Below the pieces are notes generated by a model. The model had not been told where the DNA came from and did not search any database. It saw nothing but the letters and a program-made list of their open reading frames with translations. A DNA stretch of 64,000 nucleotides from Ginglymostoma cirratum (lineage: Eukaryota), in contig JAHRHZ010000041.1 in assembly GCA_024137785.1 (NCBI GenBank), forward strand, positions 15,168,385-15,232,384, given 5' to 3'. The translations under genes were made by a program, and so were the position numbers. Shown piece after piece: positions 23,745-36,370 of this stretch; the first letter of the stretch is position 1, and each line of letters begins with the position of its first letter.

Positions 23745-25900
23745 GGGGGCAGAAATAGCCAAATAGCTTACCCCTGCTCCTATCAAGCGATCCTTGACAT
23801 TCAATAAGGTCAAGGCTGCTCCAACCATGCCCTTAATCCCTATTTTCTTGTTTGCACCCCATAACCCTGAACTTCCATTGTAATGATACTATGGCTTTAG
23901 GCGGTGCATTTTGTCCTGGTTATTTATATGAAGAAAGGTTGAGACAGAGGTGCCAAGCAGTTTGCTTGAAGCCAATAAAGTAAACAGCTTGAGGACTTGG
24001 AGTTTTATTTTAAGTTGGAACAATAGAAGCAGCTTGACTGGGTGGGGTCAAGCTCCCACAGAATCAGGACTTTTAGTTTTAGCTTTCAGCACTTGCTGGG
24101 TTCTTGAAACTGGATGTGGAAGCTCTTATTCCTCTCTCTCTGTTACAGCTACAAAGCTGGGATTCTCTTCCTGCTGCTAGAATTGCATGTGAGACAATCT
24201 ATTTTTATTGAATTTGCCTGTGTCAAGGGTGTGCTTATGGGATGCTATTATATTGCAACAGATAATTAGTAGTTAATATACATATTTTGCTAAGTATTTT
24301 GATAGGTACAGTTATGTCAATTCTTTTATTTTTATTCTGTATTTTAACTGTAGTGTAGTGTAAAAATAAAGTGCATTTTGCTTAAAGTCAAGTAGTTTGA
24401 CCAATCGAATTACATCTGGAATGCAACGCTTACATTTACCCTTAAGAATTAGTCTAGGCCTTAACTTTTTCTTATTTTGTGGGGGCTTGGTTTGGTCTTT
24501 AACACCATTAACTGGAACTCTGACAAACTCAATATTGTCAATACGCAGTTATCCAAACTGCACTACTTTGCCATGAAGGCCAACACTATTTCCCTTCCTA
24601 ATTACCTGCTGCATCTGTATGCTAACATCATTCAAGGTCATATTACACCCTTTACTATAGCATTCTGCTTTTCAGTCCTTTCAAATAGTATTCTTCTATT
24701 CTTCCTTCCAAAAACAGACAACTTCACATTTTCATTCCATCTTATAATTCTTGGCCCACTCTTAACCCCTCTCATCTCATGCTCTCTGTATCCTCCCCAA
24801 AATTGACTATCTTCCTTATCCTCAGATCAACAGGTCAGTAGCCTATAATATAAATATCCAAGTTATACATTAGATTGCAAATTAAGGCCCCAGCATTAAT
24901 CCTTCTGACACTGCACTAATTACTGTTTGCCATCCTGAAAAGACCCTTTCAACCCAACTCTTGTATTTGGCAGATAATCCTTAATCCAAATTAAGGCGTC
25001 ACCTCTAACCTTGTGTCACATTATCAAATGCATTTTACAAACTCAGACACTACATTTACCGTTTCCCTTTTACCCCTCTTGGTTTTTACATCTTCAAAAA
25101 GGATGCTAATAAATTCATCAAACATTTCCCTTTTACAAAGCCACATTCACTCAGCTATTTACAATATGCTATTCTAAACATCCACCTGCCCTTTATCAAT
25201 GGATAACATCATATTTCCCAATGACTGCTATTAAAGTAACTGTCCTATAGACTTCTGATTGTCTCTTTTGTGTCTTGGGAACTGGCTCCACATTTGAAGT
25301 TTTCCAATCTCCTAGGACATCCCAAAACCTAGGCAATTTTGGAAGAATACAACAAATGCATTTGAGGGTCTTGTGATGCAGTGGTAATGTCCATTCCCAC
25401 AGCCAACAGGTTTAAGTCCCATTTTGGGATAAGCTAGTCATCGGGAGGGGGCCCATAACATCTACAGCTATTGCATTCAGCAGCTCTGCAACCACTTTCT
25501 TCAAGAGACTTTAGATTAGAGGGTCCAGAGCACTGGTTACCCTCTCATTCCATTCGTTAGCCTGTTCCTCCCCCTGCTCCCTTCCACCCAAAGTGTTTGT
25601 GATTACTTCAAGTCGGTCTTCACCTTTTGGCTCTTTACTTTCTACGATTCTTGGGACGCTTTCTGACTTCCAGTGATACAGATGCAAACCACTTGTTCAA
25701 AGTTTTATTTTTTGCTTTCTCATTAATTCCCTAGCCTCACTCTTTAAAGGGAACAGTGGCTTTTGCTACACTCCTTTGTACGTACTTGTAGAAGCTCTCA
25801 CTGCTTTTTCAAAACCTTGTCAGTTCCTCTCATACTTCTTTTTCTCCCTCAATTATTCTTCTTGATCCTCTGCTGGTTTCTGAAACGTCCCCGTTCTTGG
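23745..25900 (-). mobile_element. Old CR1-type LINE, fragmented (hosts the solo LTR and a SINE head at about 25365-25460)
   Basis: ccttgacattcaataaggtcaaggctg...ccataaccc; ccaaaaacagacaacttcacatttt; ggccccagcattaatccttctgacactgcacta; ttatcaaatgcattttacaaactc: reverse-complement CR1 ORF2 motifs. Confidence 0.65.
23879..24504 (+). mobile_element. Solo LTR (626 bp) inserted in an old CR1 fragment
   Basis: TGTAAT...TTAACA termini, perfect 4-bp TSD CCAT (23875-23878 / 24505-24508), AATAAA near 24365; flanks rejoin as minus-strand CR1. Confidence 0.85.
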
Positions 25901-26281
25901 ATGCAAACTAATAATAGATTTATGGAACAAGTAACCAGGAAAGAGAGATATTTAACACCAAAGGATTATAGCATAATTTTAATTTCATTCTGCTAGAATC
26001 CATTACAGAGTTGGATTTATTAGCACCAACAACTTTTTACCTATTGGTAAAAATAATTTATTCCAAAAATGTGTAAAGGTTTAATGTGCAATCTCAAGAC
26101 ATAGAGCCTTAAGTAACTTGCTGAACTTGTGGAATCCTGCTAACTCTCCAGTTTAATTGTTTTGTGGAGAATTCTCTTGTGATTAACACACGGGCCTGAA
26201 GTTTGTAATCTGCAGCAAAATGGTGGTGTTTACCATTGACTTCTAAATTCCCTTTTCGGTGGGGGGGGCTGCTGGTGGTGG

Positions 26282-26587
26282 TGAGTCCAAAATTAGAGGG
26301 CGTAGGTTTAAAAAGATGAGAGGGGGAAAGATTTAAAAGGACTTAAGGGGTGACTTTTTCATGCAGAGGGTGGTGTGTGTATGGAATGAGCTGCCAGAGG
26401 AAGTGGTGGAGGCTGGTACAATTACAACATTTAAAAAGGCATCTGGATGGGTATGTGAATAGGAAGGGTTTAGAGGGATACTGGCCAAATGTTGGCAAAT
26501 GGGACTAGATTAATTTAGGATATCTGGTTGGCATGGATGAGGTGAACCCAAGGGTACGCTTCCATGCTGTATAGTTCTATGACTGTG
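26282..26587 (+). mobile_element. CR1/HER1-type LINE 3' end
   Basis: cagagggtggtgtgtgtatggaatgagctgccagaggaagtggtggaggctggtacaattacaacatttaaaa...tgctgtatagttctatgact. Confidence 0.9.
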
Positions 26588-26702
26588 TTAACTTTTACCT
26601 CAGTCCACTGTAGCAGACCAACTCCCAGCAACTATCATATCATCGAGCAACCAATTACATTTATGAATTATAGGAGACAAAAAAAAACAAAGAATAATAC
26701 CC

Positions 26703-26822
26703 TGAAACAAAAGCAATTTGCTGGAAAAGCGCAACAAGTCTGTCAGCATCTGAGGCAAGAAATCAGAGCTAACGTTTCAGGTCTAGTGACCCTTCTTCAG
26801 AACTGATGGTAGCTAGGAAAAT
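26703..26822 (-). mobile_element. PLE-terminus element with HHR motif
   Basis: rc: gtt-CTGAAGA-A-GGGTC acta GACCT-GAAACGTT-agc. Confidence 0.75.
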
Positions 26823-27267
26823 GATAAGTAAAGCCAATTAGCAGCTAAGTAAAACACCCTTTTGTCCTTTACTTTTTAGAATTAGACATAGATTGGAGCA
26901 TATATACTAAAAGGAGAATTGAACAAACAAAAAAAAAGGATTTAATTATAAAGGAGAAATTTGACATTCTGCTGCCGTTATTAATGCCATTAAGAACCGA
27001 CTTACACCTCATTCAAAATTGTGTCTTTTCAAGGGTTTATATACAGCAAGACTAAAAGCCTTAGAAAGAGTTAAAGTTCACTTAAGATCCCCGATATTTA
27101 ATTGATTTCCACAGCAAGGTCTTCAACAGCATAGTGGTGTCACTGAAAGCAACTTCTGCATTTAATCACGTGGGGGCAGGCACCTGAATGCTGCCAGTGG
27201 TAGACATTTTCTAAGATATCCCTGAATATCTTAGGCACAAGGAAGTATGTATTTATCATAAAAGTTG

Positions 27268-27420
27268 AAATTTGCTGGAGAAACTCAGTAGACTTGTTTT
27301 TCTCTGCACTGTCTAAGATGAAACGTTAATCTGGTTTTAAATGCCACCAGACCTGCTGAGCTCCTCCAGCAATTTGTGCTTTTATTTTGGATTTCCAGCA
27401 TCAGTACTTTGTTCTCATTT
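27268..27420. mobile_element. Head-to-head PLE-terminus fragments
   Basis: ttgctggagaaactcagtagac (minus) and gaaacgttaa...ccagacctgctgagctcctccagc...tttccagcatc (plus). Confidence 0.6.
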
Positions 27421-27589
27421 CGGTTTATGGCGATTTGTGCGACACTGAGCAGGATTATAGACTCAGTATCTAAAGCAGAGAAAATGCTGACACTGTTGCT
27501 CACCACACGGAATGCGTGTTAAGAGTTCATGCAGAGATTGCATTAAATCCTCTGATGGAGCATGGTACTCACTGCCAAGTCCAGCACTT

Positions 27590-27910
27590 GCTCACCATCT
27601 CTTACTGCCCTTGAAATGGGGCACCAGGCCATTTCAGAGGGCAGTTAAGGGTCAAACACATTGCTGCAGGTCTCGAGTCACACAGGAGGTCGGACTAGTG
27701 AGCGATGGCAGATTTCCTACCTTGAAAAGTATTAACGAACCAAGGCTGGGAATTCCTGAATGTGTTAGTTTGAATCCCACTGTTGTCAAATTACACTTGT
27801 CAAAAATGAACAAACAACAGAAATTGCTGGAGAACCTCAGTAGATCTTGCAGCTTCTATGGAGAGGAAGCAGAGTTAAAGTTTCGGATCTAGTGACTCTA
27901 CTTCAGAGAC
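27590..27910 (-). mobile_element. Decayed SINE family A (27590-27790) followed by PLE-terminus element (27810-27910)
   Basis: ccatttcagagggcagttaagggtcaaacacattgctg; aacagaaattgctggagaacctcag...gtttcggatctagtgactctacttcag. Confidence 0.6.
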
Positions 27911-28301
27911 ACAATCTGCCTCCAAAGCCTTGAAACAATTAATCTGGAAGTAGTACAAATGAGGGAGAGAGAATGAGTGTCACGGGCCAAACAGCTATCC
28001 CTTTGTATGTATTCAATTTTCTGTTTTCTCTGCAAACTAGATCAAGCAAGTGAGATAAGAAATAGCAACCTTTTGTGAATTCAAAAGTAAAGATGCTTAG
28101 GACACATTTTCCATTGGGGTTTAAATGTGACGTCCCACACTAGCACATGCACAAAGATTAGTTACAGGTCCATTAAAAACAGTGCTTTTTACACAAAGAA
28201 TTCAGTTTCCTTCACGTCACACTAATTGATTATTCCAATAATTTTTCTTAGCTGAATAGAGGTTTATAAAAGCAGAGAATTCCTAGCTATGAGGCACCTA
28301 C

Positions 28302-28745
28302 TTGGGGTAGAATTTGTAATAGGTTAGCTCTCAGGTGAATTTTGAGTTGGAACACGTTTGGGGCAAGATTATTTTCCTACATTTGGGTATAGCTGTTCTA
28401 GCCTGGCTACTTAATTGCCTCGCAACAGGTTCGTGACTTTTCAGAAGGCTTCAGGTGGTACCTGACAAATTATTTCTGATCAGGATAGTTTTTCTTCAAA
28501 AAAAATGAATAGATGATGAAAAACTGGCAGTTTCCATGTTGCAAATGGTTTCTATCCTGGAGTCTAACCACAAGTTGATTTGTTTGCCATTTGAAACACA
28601 ACACACAACAATGGAAAACAGCTGTGCTCAAGTTCAGAAAATGTCTATTTTTAAAAAAATTAAAGCCATGTATGGGATTAAGTTCACAAGTTGGGCGTTT
28701 GTAAATCGGGACCCCATAGCTGCTTTACCTAAAATTCAACCCCAA
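28302..28745. mobile_element. MITE-like element with 14-bp terminal inverted repeats
   Basis: ttggggtagaattt ... aaattcaaccccaa (13/14 complementary); no coding capacity. Confidence 0.5.
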
Positions 28746-29437
28746 TGACGGTGGTATGTTACAATGTCACAAATCCTATATTGTTGGAGCTTGGTCTTTG
28801 TAACTGAATGACCTATTCAAGTTTATACATAATCATATTCAATGCCTTTCAGGAAAAGACATTGAATTTTGACTTCTCTAATGGTCGATACTGAAATGAA
28901 AAGACAACTTGGTCGATATGTAATAGCCCTGTTGCTGATGCCCCATCTTTAACAAAGAGGACTGACAAACAACATTCCCTGTAATTTATTTCACTGCAGT
29001 ACCAACCTCCAAAGTCCGCGTGTGGCGGCGGCTTCTGGAAGTGGGAAGCATTTGTCTCATGGACCAACGTGTGCAGAGCTACCCAGCTGCTGTGCTGTGG
29101 TTGGCCTTGGTTTAATTCAATATTTGCTCGTATTTCAAGTCTGAATGGAGCCAATATCACCAAAGCCCCATGGAATACTTGCCAGCCAACTGTTTGTATC
29201 CAATTACAAAAATAGTTTTAAAATTTATGACATCTTCATTGTGCTGGGAATGGCACTATTCTCTTTCTGTTTGAAATACTCAAGTTAACTTGTCTGTGCG
29301 CGTCTTCAAATGTCAGGGCATGTAAACAACAAATTAGTTTCAAATTGGGAATGATATCCTTTATCAAAAACCCAATTTGCATCAAAGAAGCGAGAAAGGA
29401 AAGGGAGCCATTGGAACCATTCTTACCTTGATCAGAA

Positions 29438-29545
29438 TACTACCATCTGCTATGGTGGGATTTGAACTCTTGTCCCCCACAGCACTAACTTGGGTCTCTG
29501 GATTGCTGGTCCAGTGACATTACCGTCACAACACCATTCCCCCCA
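29438..29545 (-). mobile_element. SINE family A 5' head fragment
   Basis: ccatctgctatggtgggatttgaactc...gggtctctggattgctggtccagtgacattacc. Confidence 0.65.
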
Positions 29546-30376
29546 CCCCAGACTGGCGCGATCCAGTTTGTGAAGATTTAAAGGCAGCTCTCACCCAGGT
29601 TAGAGGGAAGGAACTCCAGTGCAATCCTCACAGTGAAAGTCATTTTTGACATTAGAAGTTACCTGACTAGGAAAGGGAAAAGGAAGTAAGCCATTGGAGA
29701 TTAGATTTGGTTCCAGTTAAGGGATAGTGTAAAGTTTAACTGTAATGGAACAGCTTTGGATGCAGTTAAATGAGGAATTGGTTACCCCCATTTTGTAGGC
29801 AACGTTCTCTTTAGTTAGTAATCATCGAAGCCTTAAAACCTCAAATCTTGCTGGTTCATACTTACAGTTACTGGGAATGTAAATATCTTTAATGTTACTG
29901 ATCTCTGCAAAGGCCATAACACTGATTTCACTGCTGTAATGACAATTAATGCCGACAGTTCCACCACCTAAACAACAAAATATAGTTCAATGTGTTTATA
30001 TGTGGCACTCAACCAGGACAGAGGGCACTACACAGTACCATACCGCACGATCCAAGCTCAATTTACAAATCTTTCTTAAAACCCAAATGTGCAATTAGCT
30101 TTCATCTTTTAGACTTGTTTGCCAATCCAAGCAACAGCCCAACATCAAATTAAATATAGATTTTAATTCAAGATTAATGCACTTTGCATTGCTGGTTGAA
30201 CGGAGCTTTGCAAATGTCCCTACAGCAGTGAGCATGATAAGAGAAATCAAGGAAAGGCTTGCGATGACAAAGCACCTTTCGTGATCTTCACCTGTGCCAA
30301 TGCACTTTATGATCAATAAAATATCTTTGAACTGTTATTATTGTAACGTATAAAATATTACAAGTGCTGTCATGTT

Positions 30377-30720
30377 GGGGAGGTGATGATCTAGGTGATA
30401 TTATCAGAAGGCAACTAATCCAGAGACCCAGGTAATATTCTAGGGTTTGAATTCTGCTATGGCACATGGTGGAATTTGAACTCAATTAACATCTGGAATG
30501 AAGAGTCTAATGACGACCACAAAACTGTTGTTGACTGTCAGGAAAATCCATCTGGTTCACTAATTCCCTCTGGGAAAGGAAACCACTATCTTTATCTGGT
30601 CTGACTTACAAGTGACTATAGACCCACAAACACGACTAAGGCCACTGCTTGTAGGACAATTAGGGATGGGCAATAACGTCGGCTTAGCAAGTGATCCTCA
30701 CATCCCATGAATAAAAAAAA
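30377..30720 (+). mobile_element. tRNA-derived SINE family A
   Basis: Collinear with 20850-21205; tail tagggatgggcaataa...catcccatgaataaaa. Confidence 0.85.
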
Positions 30721-33479
30721 AGCAAAATACTGAGGTATGCTATTGTGATTAGAAGCATTCGCTTTTCCCAATGATCAGCATGTTCACTCTCCTGCATAGT
30801 GTTAAAACCTATTACCTCAGCAATTTTATATGGAACAGTCTCACTTGCATTTAAAAAGGGATATAGGAATTATTTTGATTAGAAAAATGGCTCACATCTG
30901 TTCTTAAAATAAAATGGCACCTGGCTCGGATAATGAATATTTATGATTAGAAAAGCAGGCCTCAATGCAAGCGCGGCTCAGGCTGAATATTTGACAACTT
31001 GTCAACCTTACTGTATCAATTTCAACAAAATGATTCTTTTAAAATTAATTTTCACAAGTTTAGTGAGTTTTAAAAAAAATTTTAACAAGACATCCTGTTT
31101 AAATCTAATCAACACGGACTTAACTGTGGCATTCACCGCAATAGAATACTGAATGTTATTTTACAAGATAGCAGTCCATAATTCAGTCACTTCGGCAGAA
31201 AACTTGTTTATATAAAAGGCAAATTGCTATGTGAAACAAGAAAGAGTTTGAATTGTGTTATGTTGATACCAGACAAAAGAAAAAAAGTTTAACTATTTTG
31301 CACGTCATGATATCTACAATCGTCTCAAGCCACAGTTCATAGATTTTGCTATTAATTTACATTCCAAATAAATTAACACATTTCTGGATTAAACACAGCA
31401 TGAATATCAGTGATGGATGCCATTAGCTCTAACCTATTATCCAGACGTGTGTCCTGTTTTAAGGTGGTGCTTTTCATGGTTCATCAAACATAGCCATGAA
31501 TGAACAAGGCAGCAAATTATATTGTTCGGCATCAGTTCTCCCATTGTCAAAAAGGTAGGAGCTTCACGTCACAAGAAAAAAAATAATGGCAAACAAGGGA
31601 GGCTGCATCTAGTTCCATCAAACTGCTTCAGTCCTGTCCCATCCCCCACCCCACCCACTGCTCACATATTCCCTTCCTTCCAGATTCTAAGGCCAGGTTT
31701 CCCAAAGTTGGAGTGAGGGCTCCAAGTGGGCTCACAAGCTGAGGGAACAATGGCTATTTTAAAGCCCTGACTCAGTCAGAACTGCTGTACTGAGTCTAAC
31801 AGGCCTCACTCTAGTTTCTCGGGTGAGGCTACGTGATAGCTTTCAAGCCTCAGAATGGAGTCAGTAGGAAAATGATTGGAAAGCACTGTTCTAAAGAACT
31901 GGGGCAAAACTCATGTTGTGCTAGAAGGAGCTATCACTCAAGATTCCATAGTGAAGAATAAAGGAAATGGAAGCATGGTGAGAACTTGATAGAGACCCTC
32001 TGCTTAATTTAGCACTACTCCCTAATTAGTGTTTCTGAGAGGGTAAAAACAGGGTGAGAGCCCAGCAGTGTTAAATCTTTCACTGGACTTTGATGGGGGT
32101 GAGGCCTAAAACATTGGTGCTGTTGAGGACCAATCTTCGTAAAGGGGCACGAGCGAAATTTTATTTTTCCTGCTCTTCTATACTTGTCAATTAAGTACTT
32201 CTTTGCTTCCAATTCCACAAAAGACACCATTTTAAACAAAACATTTGCAATGATCATTCAGCAGAAACAAGTCTGAATGGAGTCTACCACATCCATATCT
32301 CATAACTTGACCAGAGAAGCTATGGGAAAGGGAGGTTTTTTTTTTGTGTGAAGCTGCACACGAATGGAGATGAGTCAGGGGAGTTAACAGTAAAAAAAGT
32401 GAAACGTTAATCTTTGCAAATTAATAACACGAAGGAAAATTAAGTTAAGTAAGCTCCTCATTCAATGATTTTACAGGTGACCTTTCACTTCAAACCAATG
32501 CACAGAGATTGAGCGGCATTCGTTTCAGAAGAACAGGTTCAAGAAACTGAAAACCGAACCCAGTCTGGAACCACAATAATCTGAGTTTGCTAGGAGAAGA
32601 AGAATTAGCACATCCTTTCATATTGCAGCAACGGTCCTCAGGCAGGCTGGATTTGAGAACACCATGAGATCATGTCACTCCTGCACCCTTCCTACACTCC
32701 GTACGGATGGCTCTCCAACAGCAACAAAACCTATTCCCTGCAGCCCATTCAGAGTCTGGTGCAAGCTTTAGTCCTGTTGGATTTCTCACTGAATATTTCA
32801 GTCCCTTATTCTCTAAGAAACACTAACAAGGGAGCAGAGTTGAATCAAAGGGAATCTATCAAATTCATGCCCTGCCTTGGATTTCCTTCATTGACTGCCT
32901 ATTAGGGCCATCATTAGCCAAATGATTTAGGCTATTTTCAATTAGAAGCTGATGGCTTTGAGGTCTCAAAAGGTGAATGCCTACTCCAGTGTGTTGATGA
33001 GTTATGTAGCAGATAACTGCAACTTGGGCAGAAGTCAAACCTGGAGAACAGCAGCACACTATTATGCAAGATTGGAGACAAAATCTTAAGTAAATAAGCA
33101 GCTTATTCAAGCCACACTTCAATTAAATAGGCTAAAATTAGAGCAGCAATAATGGAAACTAAACCTCTAGTTAGGAGGCATATCCAATTAAGCATTCTGC
33201 AGTTATGATTATGAACCATGCTGGTTTGTGCTGTTCAGGGCACAGTGGTTTTAAACAAAAACCAGTCTCCAGCATACTATGTCAGGGTGGCCCCACAAAC
33301 GTGTAATTCAACGTGGTATTTATGGTTATTTAAAAGTTTGTTCATGAAAAGCTGCAGGATTGTTGTATTTTCACTTTCAGATACACATCTATACACCAAA
33401 AGGGAACAGCTCAAGATGTATTTGAGATTCCACACAAACAGTGACACTAACAAATCACGTAGGCAGTTTTAAACTCATC

Positions 33480-33575
33480 ATGCAGCAAATTATTGTAGAT
33501 GCTGGAATCTGTACGGAAGATCACAGTGGGTCAGGCAGCATCTATGGAGAGAAAAGAAGCTAAGAGTCTACATGA
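33480..33575 (-). mobile_element. PLE-terminus element, decayed
   Basis: gtagatgctggaatctg...ggtcaggcagcatctatggagagaaaagaagcta. Confidence 0.55.
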
Positions 33576-33974
33576 CAAACTCGTTGGGCGTCCCTATTCT
33601 TTACCTCAGACGTTGAGTTTCTTGTACACAAAAGGATGAGAGAAGATAAAGGGCAGATGTTATTGGAAGTGGTGCCAGGCTATTTTGTCTGATTTCATTT
33701 GTCACCAAATACAGTTGAAATCTTTTGGTTAAAGATGTTTATTCTCTGGATGTGGATAATGTTGTCAGTATGTTTATCACCTATCTCTACTTCTACGCTG
33801 CCCCTCGAATAGGTAAATATTTTCCATTGTGAACCACTTGGTTCGAGTTAAAAGAACATATTGTCTTGGCGCATCAGACTTGGTCATCCCATCACTCACT
33901 AGACAGAGAGCAGGAACAAATGCATGCAGTTGAGGTGATTAATCTTGAACATGTTGCGACAGACTGGCCAACTT

Positions 33975-34314
33975 GGGGGAGGCACAGTAACTCAGTGGTT
34001 AGCACTGCTGCCTCACAGCATCATGGATCCAGGCTCATTTTCAGCCTCGGGCGAGTGTCTGTGAGGAGTTTGCCCATTCTCCCAGTGTCTGTGTGGGTTT
34101 CTGCCTGGTACTCCAGTTTCCTCCCACAGTCCAAAGATACGCGGGTTAGATGGATTGGCCATGCTAAATTGCCCATAGTGTCCAGAACGTGCAGGCTGGG
34201 TGGGTTATCCATCGGTACAGGGATAGGGTGGTGGGTGGGGGTGGGATGCTTTTCGGAGGGTCGGTGTGGATTTGATAGGCCAAATAGCCTGCTTCTATAC
34301 TGCAGGGATTCTAT
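33975..34314 (+). mobile_element. HE1/V-SINE, near full length
   Basis: ggcacagtaactcagtggttagcactgctgcctcacagc...gtgggtttctgcctggtactccagtttcctcccacagtccaaagat...ggccatgctaaattgccc...gggattcta. Confidence 0.9.
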
Positions 34315-35889
34315 CAGCAACAAAAATCATTAGTCATTTGATTCTGAGCTGTTCAAGAGGAAAGAAAAGTGCCAGGAGGCTTGTCGTGACACTTCCATCT
34401 AATTTTGGTAAAGAACCAACTTTTGTAACAGAACAGTGATTGAACTTGGTCTCTATAACTCAGTACCGTGCGATGTGTGTCTGTATCTTTAGCTGCTGTG
34501 GAGTATCTGTTTGTGTCATTTGTAAGTGGCTGTCTTCCCCAGGGATCTTTATTTCTGGATATATTTTCTACCCTTTTCATGTTTCAGATTTTATAACCCA
34601 TGGAGCTGTTTGCATCTATTTGTTAACTTTGCAAAACACAATCTGTTGAACTAAAGAGTTATCCAATCATGAATCATCTCTCCAGGTTCCCATTACCCGG
34701 AAGATTGTACATACTACCAGCTCCTAGACAGGAATATTCACCGGGGTGGGGGGTAAACAGCAAAACTGACTGAATATCCGATGGCTTGAACATCTTTTAG
34801 AAAGCATGTGTGTTATATACAGAACAAGACTGTCTGGCTGACTAAAAGATAATCCCCAAATCAAGTCTTCATCCAGGAGGACAACAAGAAATGCTTGTAC
34901 TGATTAACAGGAGTGAGGATTATCTGATCTAGATTAAACCAGCAAAAACAATTTTTAAACGACTCCAGTTTTATTGCTGCCTAATGCAAAAGAAACTTAG
35001 AAAGGTGACACCCAATGTGTCAGAGAAGTTCACTGGGTTAAAAGCAAGGTGTAAGAGATTAAATTTAAAATCACAACCATATGAGGAATTTTGCAAACCT
35101 AATTAGCTCTTCATGTACAGTCAGGGAGAACTCTGATGGCACTGTACAAAGGGCAAACAGAGTTTTTCTGAAAGAGATGAGTGGTGTCTGAGGGTAGAGG
35201 GATGCCGTCAGCATGCCTCTGTCCCTGATTGGGCCTAAGGTCAGGCCAAAGCAGCATCTCAACAAGATGCAGTTTATTGCATAATAACAATTACCGATAA
35301 CATGCAACCAACTGAGGTAACGTACCCTTGGCTGTTGAGAGATTATAGATGGCACTCTATTTTTCCGATTTCCCCGTGCAAAGATGTAGGACTCCACAGA
35401 TTGCATTCAAACTACATCCGGTCTCCAACATTATCTTTTTCAGAACCATAAACATGTACAACAGATAGCAATGAAAACATCTTATTCTCAACTGAACACA
35501 CGCAAGGCCACAAGTCACCAAGATTTTTGGAGGAAGGTTCCTGTACTCCATGGAGGTACAGTATAAACTGAAACCGGTTTCTTGGAACAATGTGTGTGGC
35601 TAAGAAATGAAAAGTTTCTATCTTTGCAATTGTGGTGAACCAATGAATAAATCTTGAAGAGAAGTATTTTGTGTTTATTTATTTAAACCACTTATTATAC
35701 TTCCAGAGGAGTTTAATTTTAAATCGGATCTGTCAGTTCTCAGTGATCCCACTTCTAATCTCCTCCAGCTCAATAATCTCTCTTCAAACCTGTGTAATTC
35801 TCCAATTCTAGTCTCCTTGGCAATCCTGATTTTACTAGCTCCAAAACTGAAGTTTATGGTTACGGCTACCAGAACCCAGAGCTCTACTT

Positions 35890-36022
35890 CAAAAACAGAA
35901 ACAAATTGGTGTAAAAGCTTAGCAGGTCTGACAGCATCTGTGAAGAGAAATCTGAGTTAACATTTTGGATCGAGTGCCCCTGTTCTGAGGAAGGGTAACT
36001 CAATCAAAACATTAACTCTGCT
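35890..36022. mobile_element. Head-to-head PLE-terminus pair
   Basis: agcaggtctgacagcatctgtg...gttaacattttgg (minus) joined to gttCTGAGGAagggtaactc...aaacattaactctg (plus). Confidence 0.65.
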
Positions 36023-36239
36023 TTCAAGAAACATGCACGTGTTTTAATTCATGTGAATTAAAACAGAGAAATAATGCAGCTAGACTCTGGAAGATGCAAT
36101 GAACTATATTTCAATAGCTATTTTTGCACAGGAGGGGGAGGAACAAAGGAAAAAAAAAGTGATAACTGCTGAAACGGTTTTTGTCTGTTTCACTCGTCAT
36201 TTCAAAGCTCAGCGTCCAGCCAGAAAGCTGAAATTCACT

Positions 36240-36370
36240 GTATGTGAATAGGAAAGGTTGAGAGAGATATGGGCCAAATGCCAGCAAAGGGGAGAGATTA
36301 ATTTAGGATATCTGGTCGATATGGACAAGGGGGACTGAAGAGTCTGTTTCCATGCTGTACAGCTTTATGA
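36240..36370 (+). mobile_element. CR1/HER1-type LINE extreme 3' end
   Basis: gagatatgggccaaatgccagcaaagggga...gtctgtttccatgctgtacagctttatga. Confidence 0.8.

Noticed and set aside
29650-29695. Other AG|GT motifs on the minus strand (29660, 17365, 53727)
   Set aside because: Weaker donors (GTAACT/GTAAAT/GTAAAG), or a poor or AG-interrupted pyrimidine tract; much less convincing than 13275.
33866-34333. 155-aa and 100-aa ORFs (also those at 63432-63868)
   Set aside because: Translations of HE1 SINE copies.
35444-35555. Plus-strand 112-nt open exon-like segment
   Set aside because: Weak donor (gtacag), isolated, and expected by chance.
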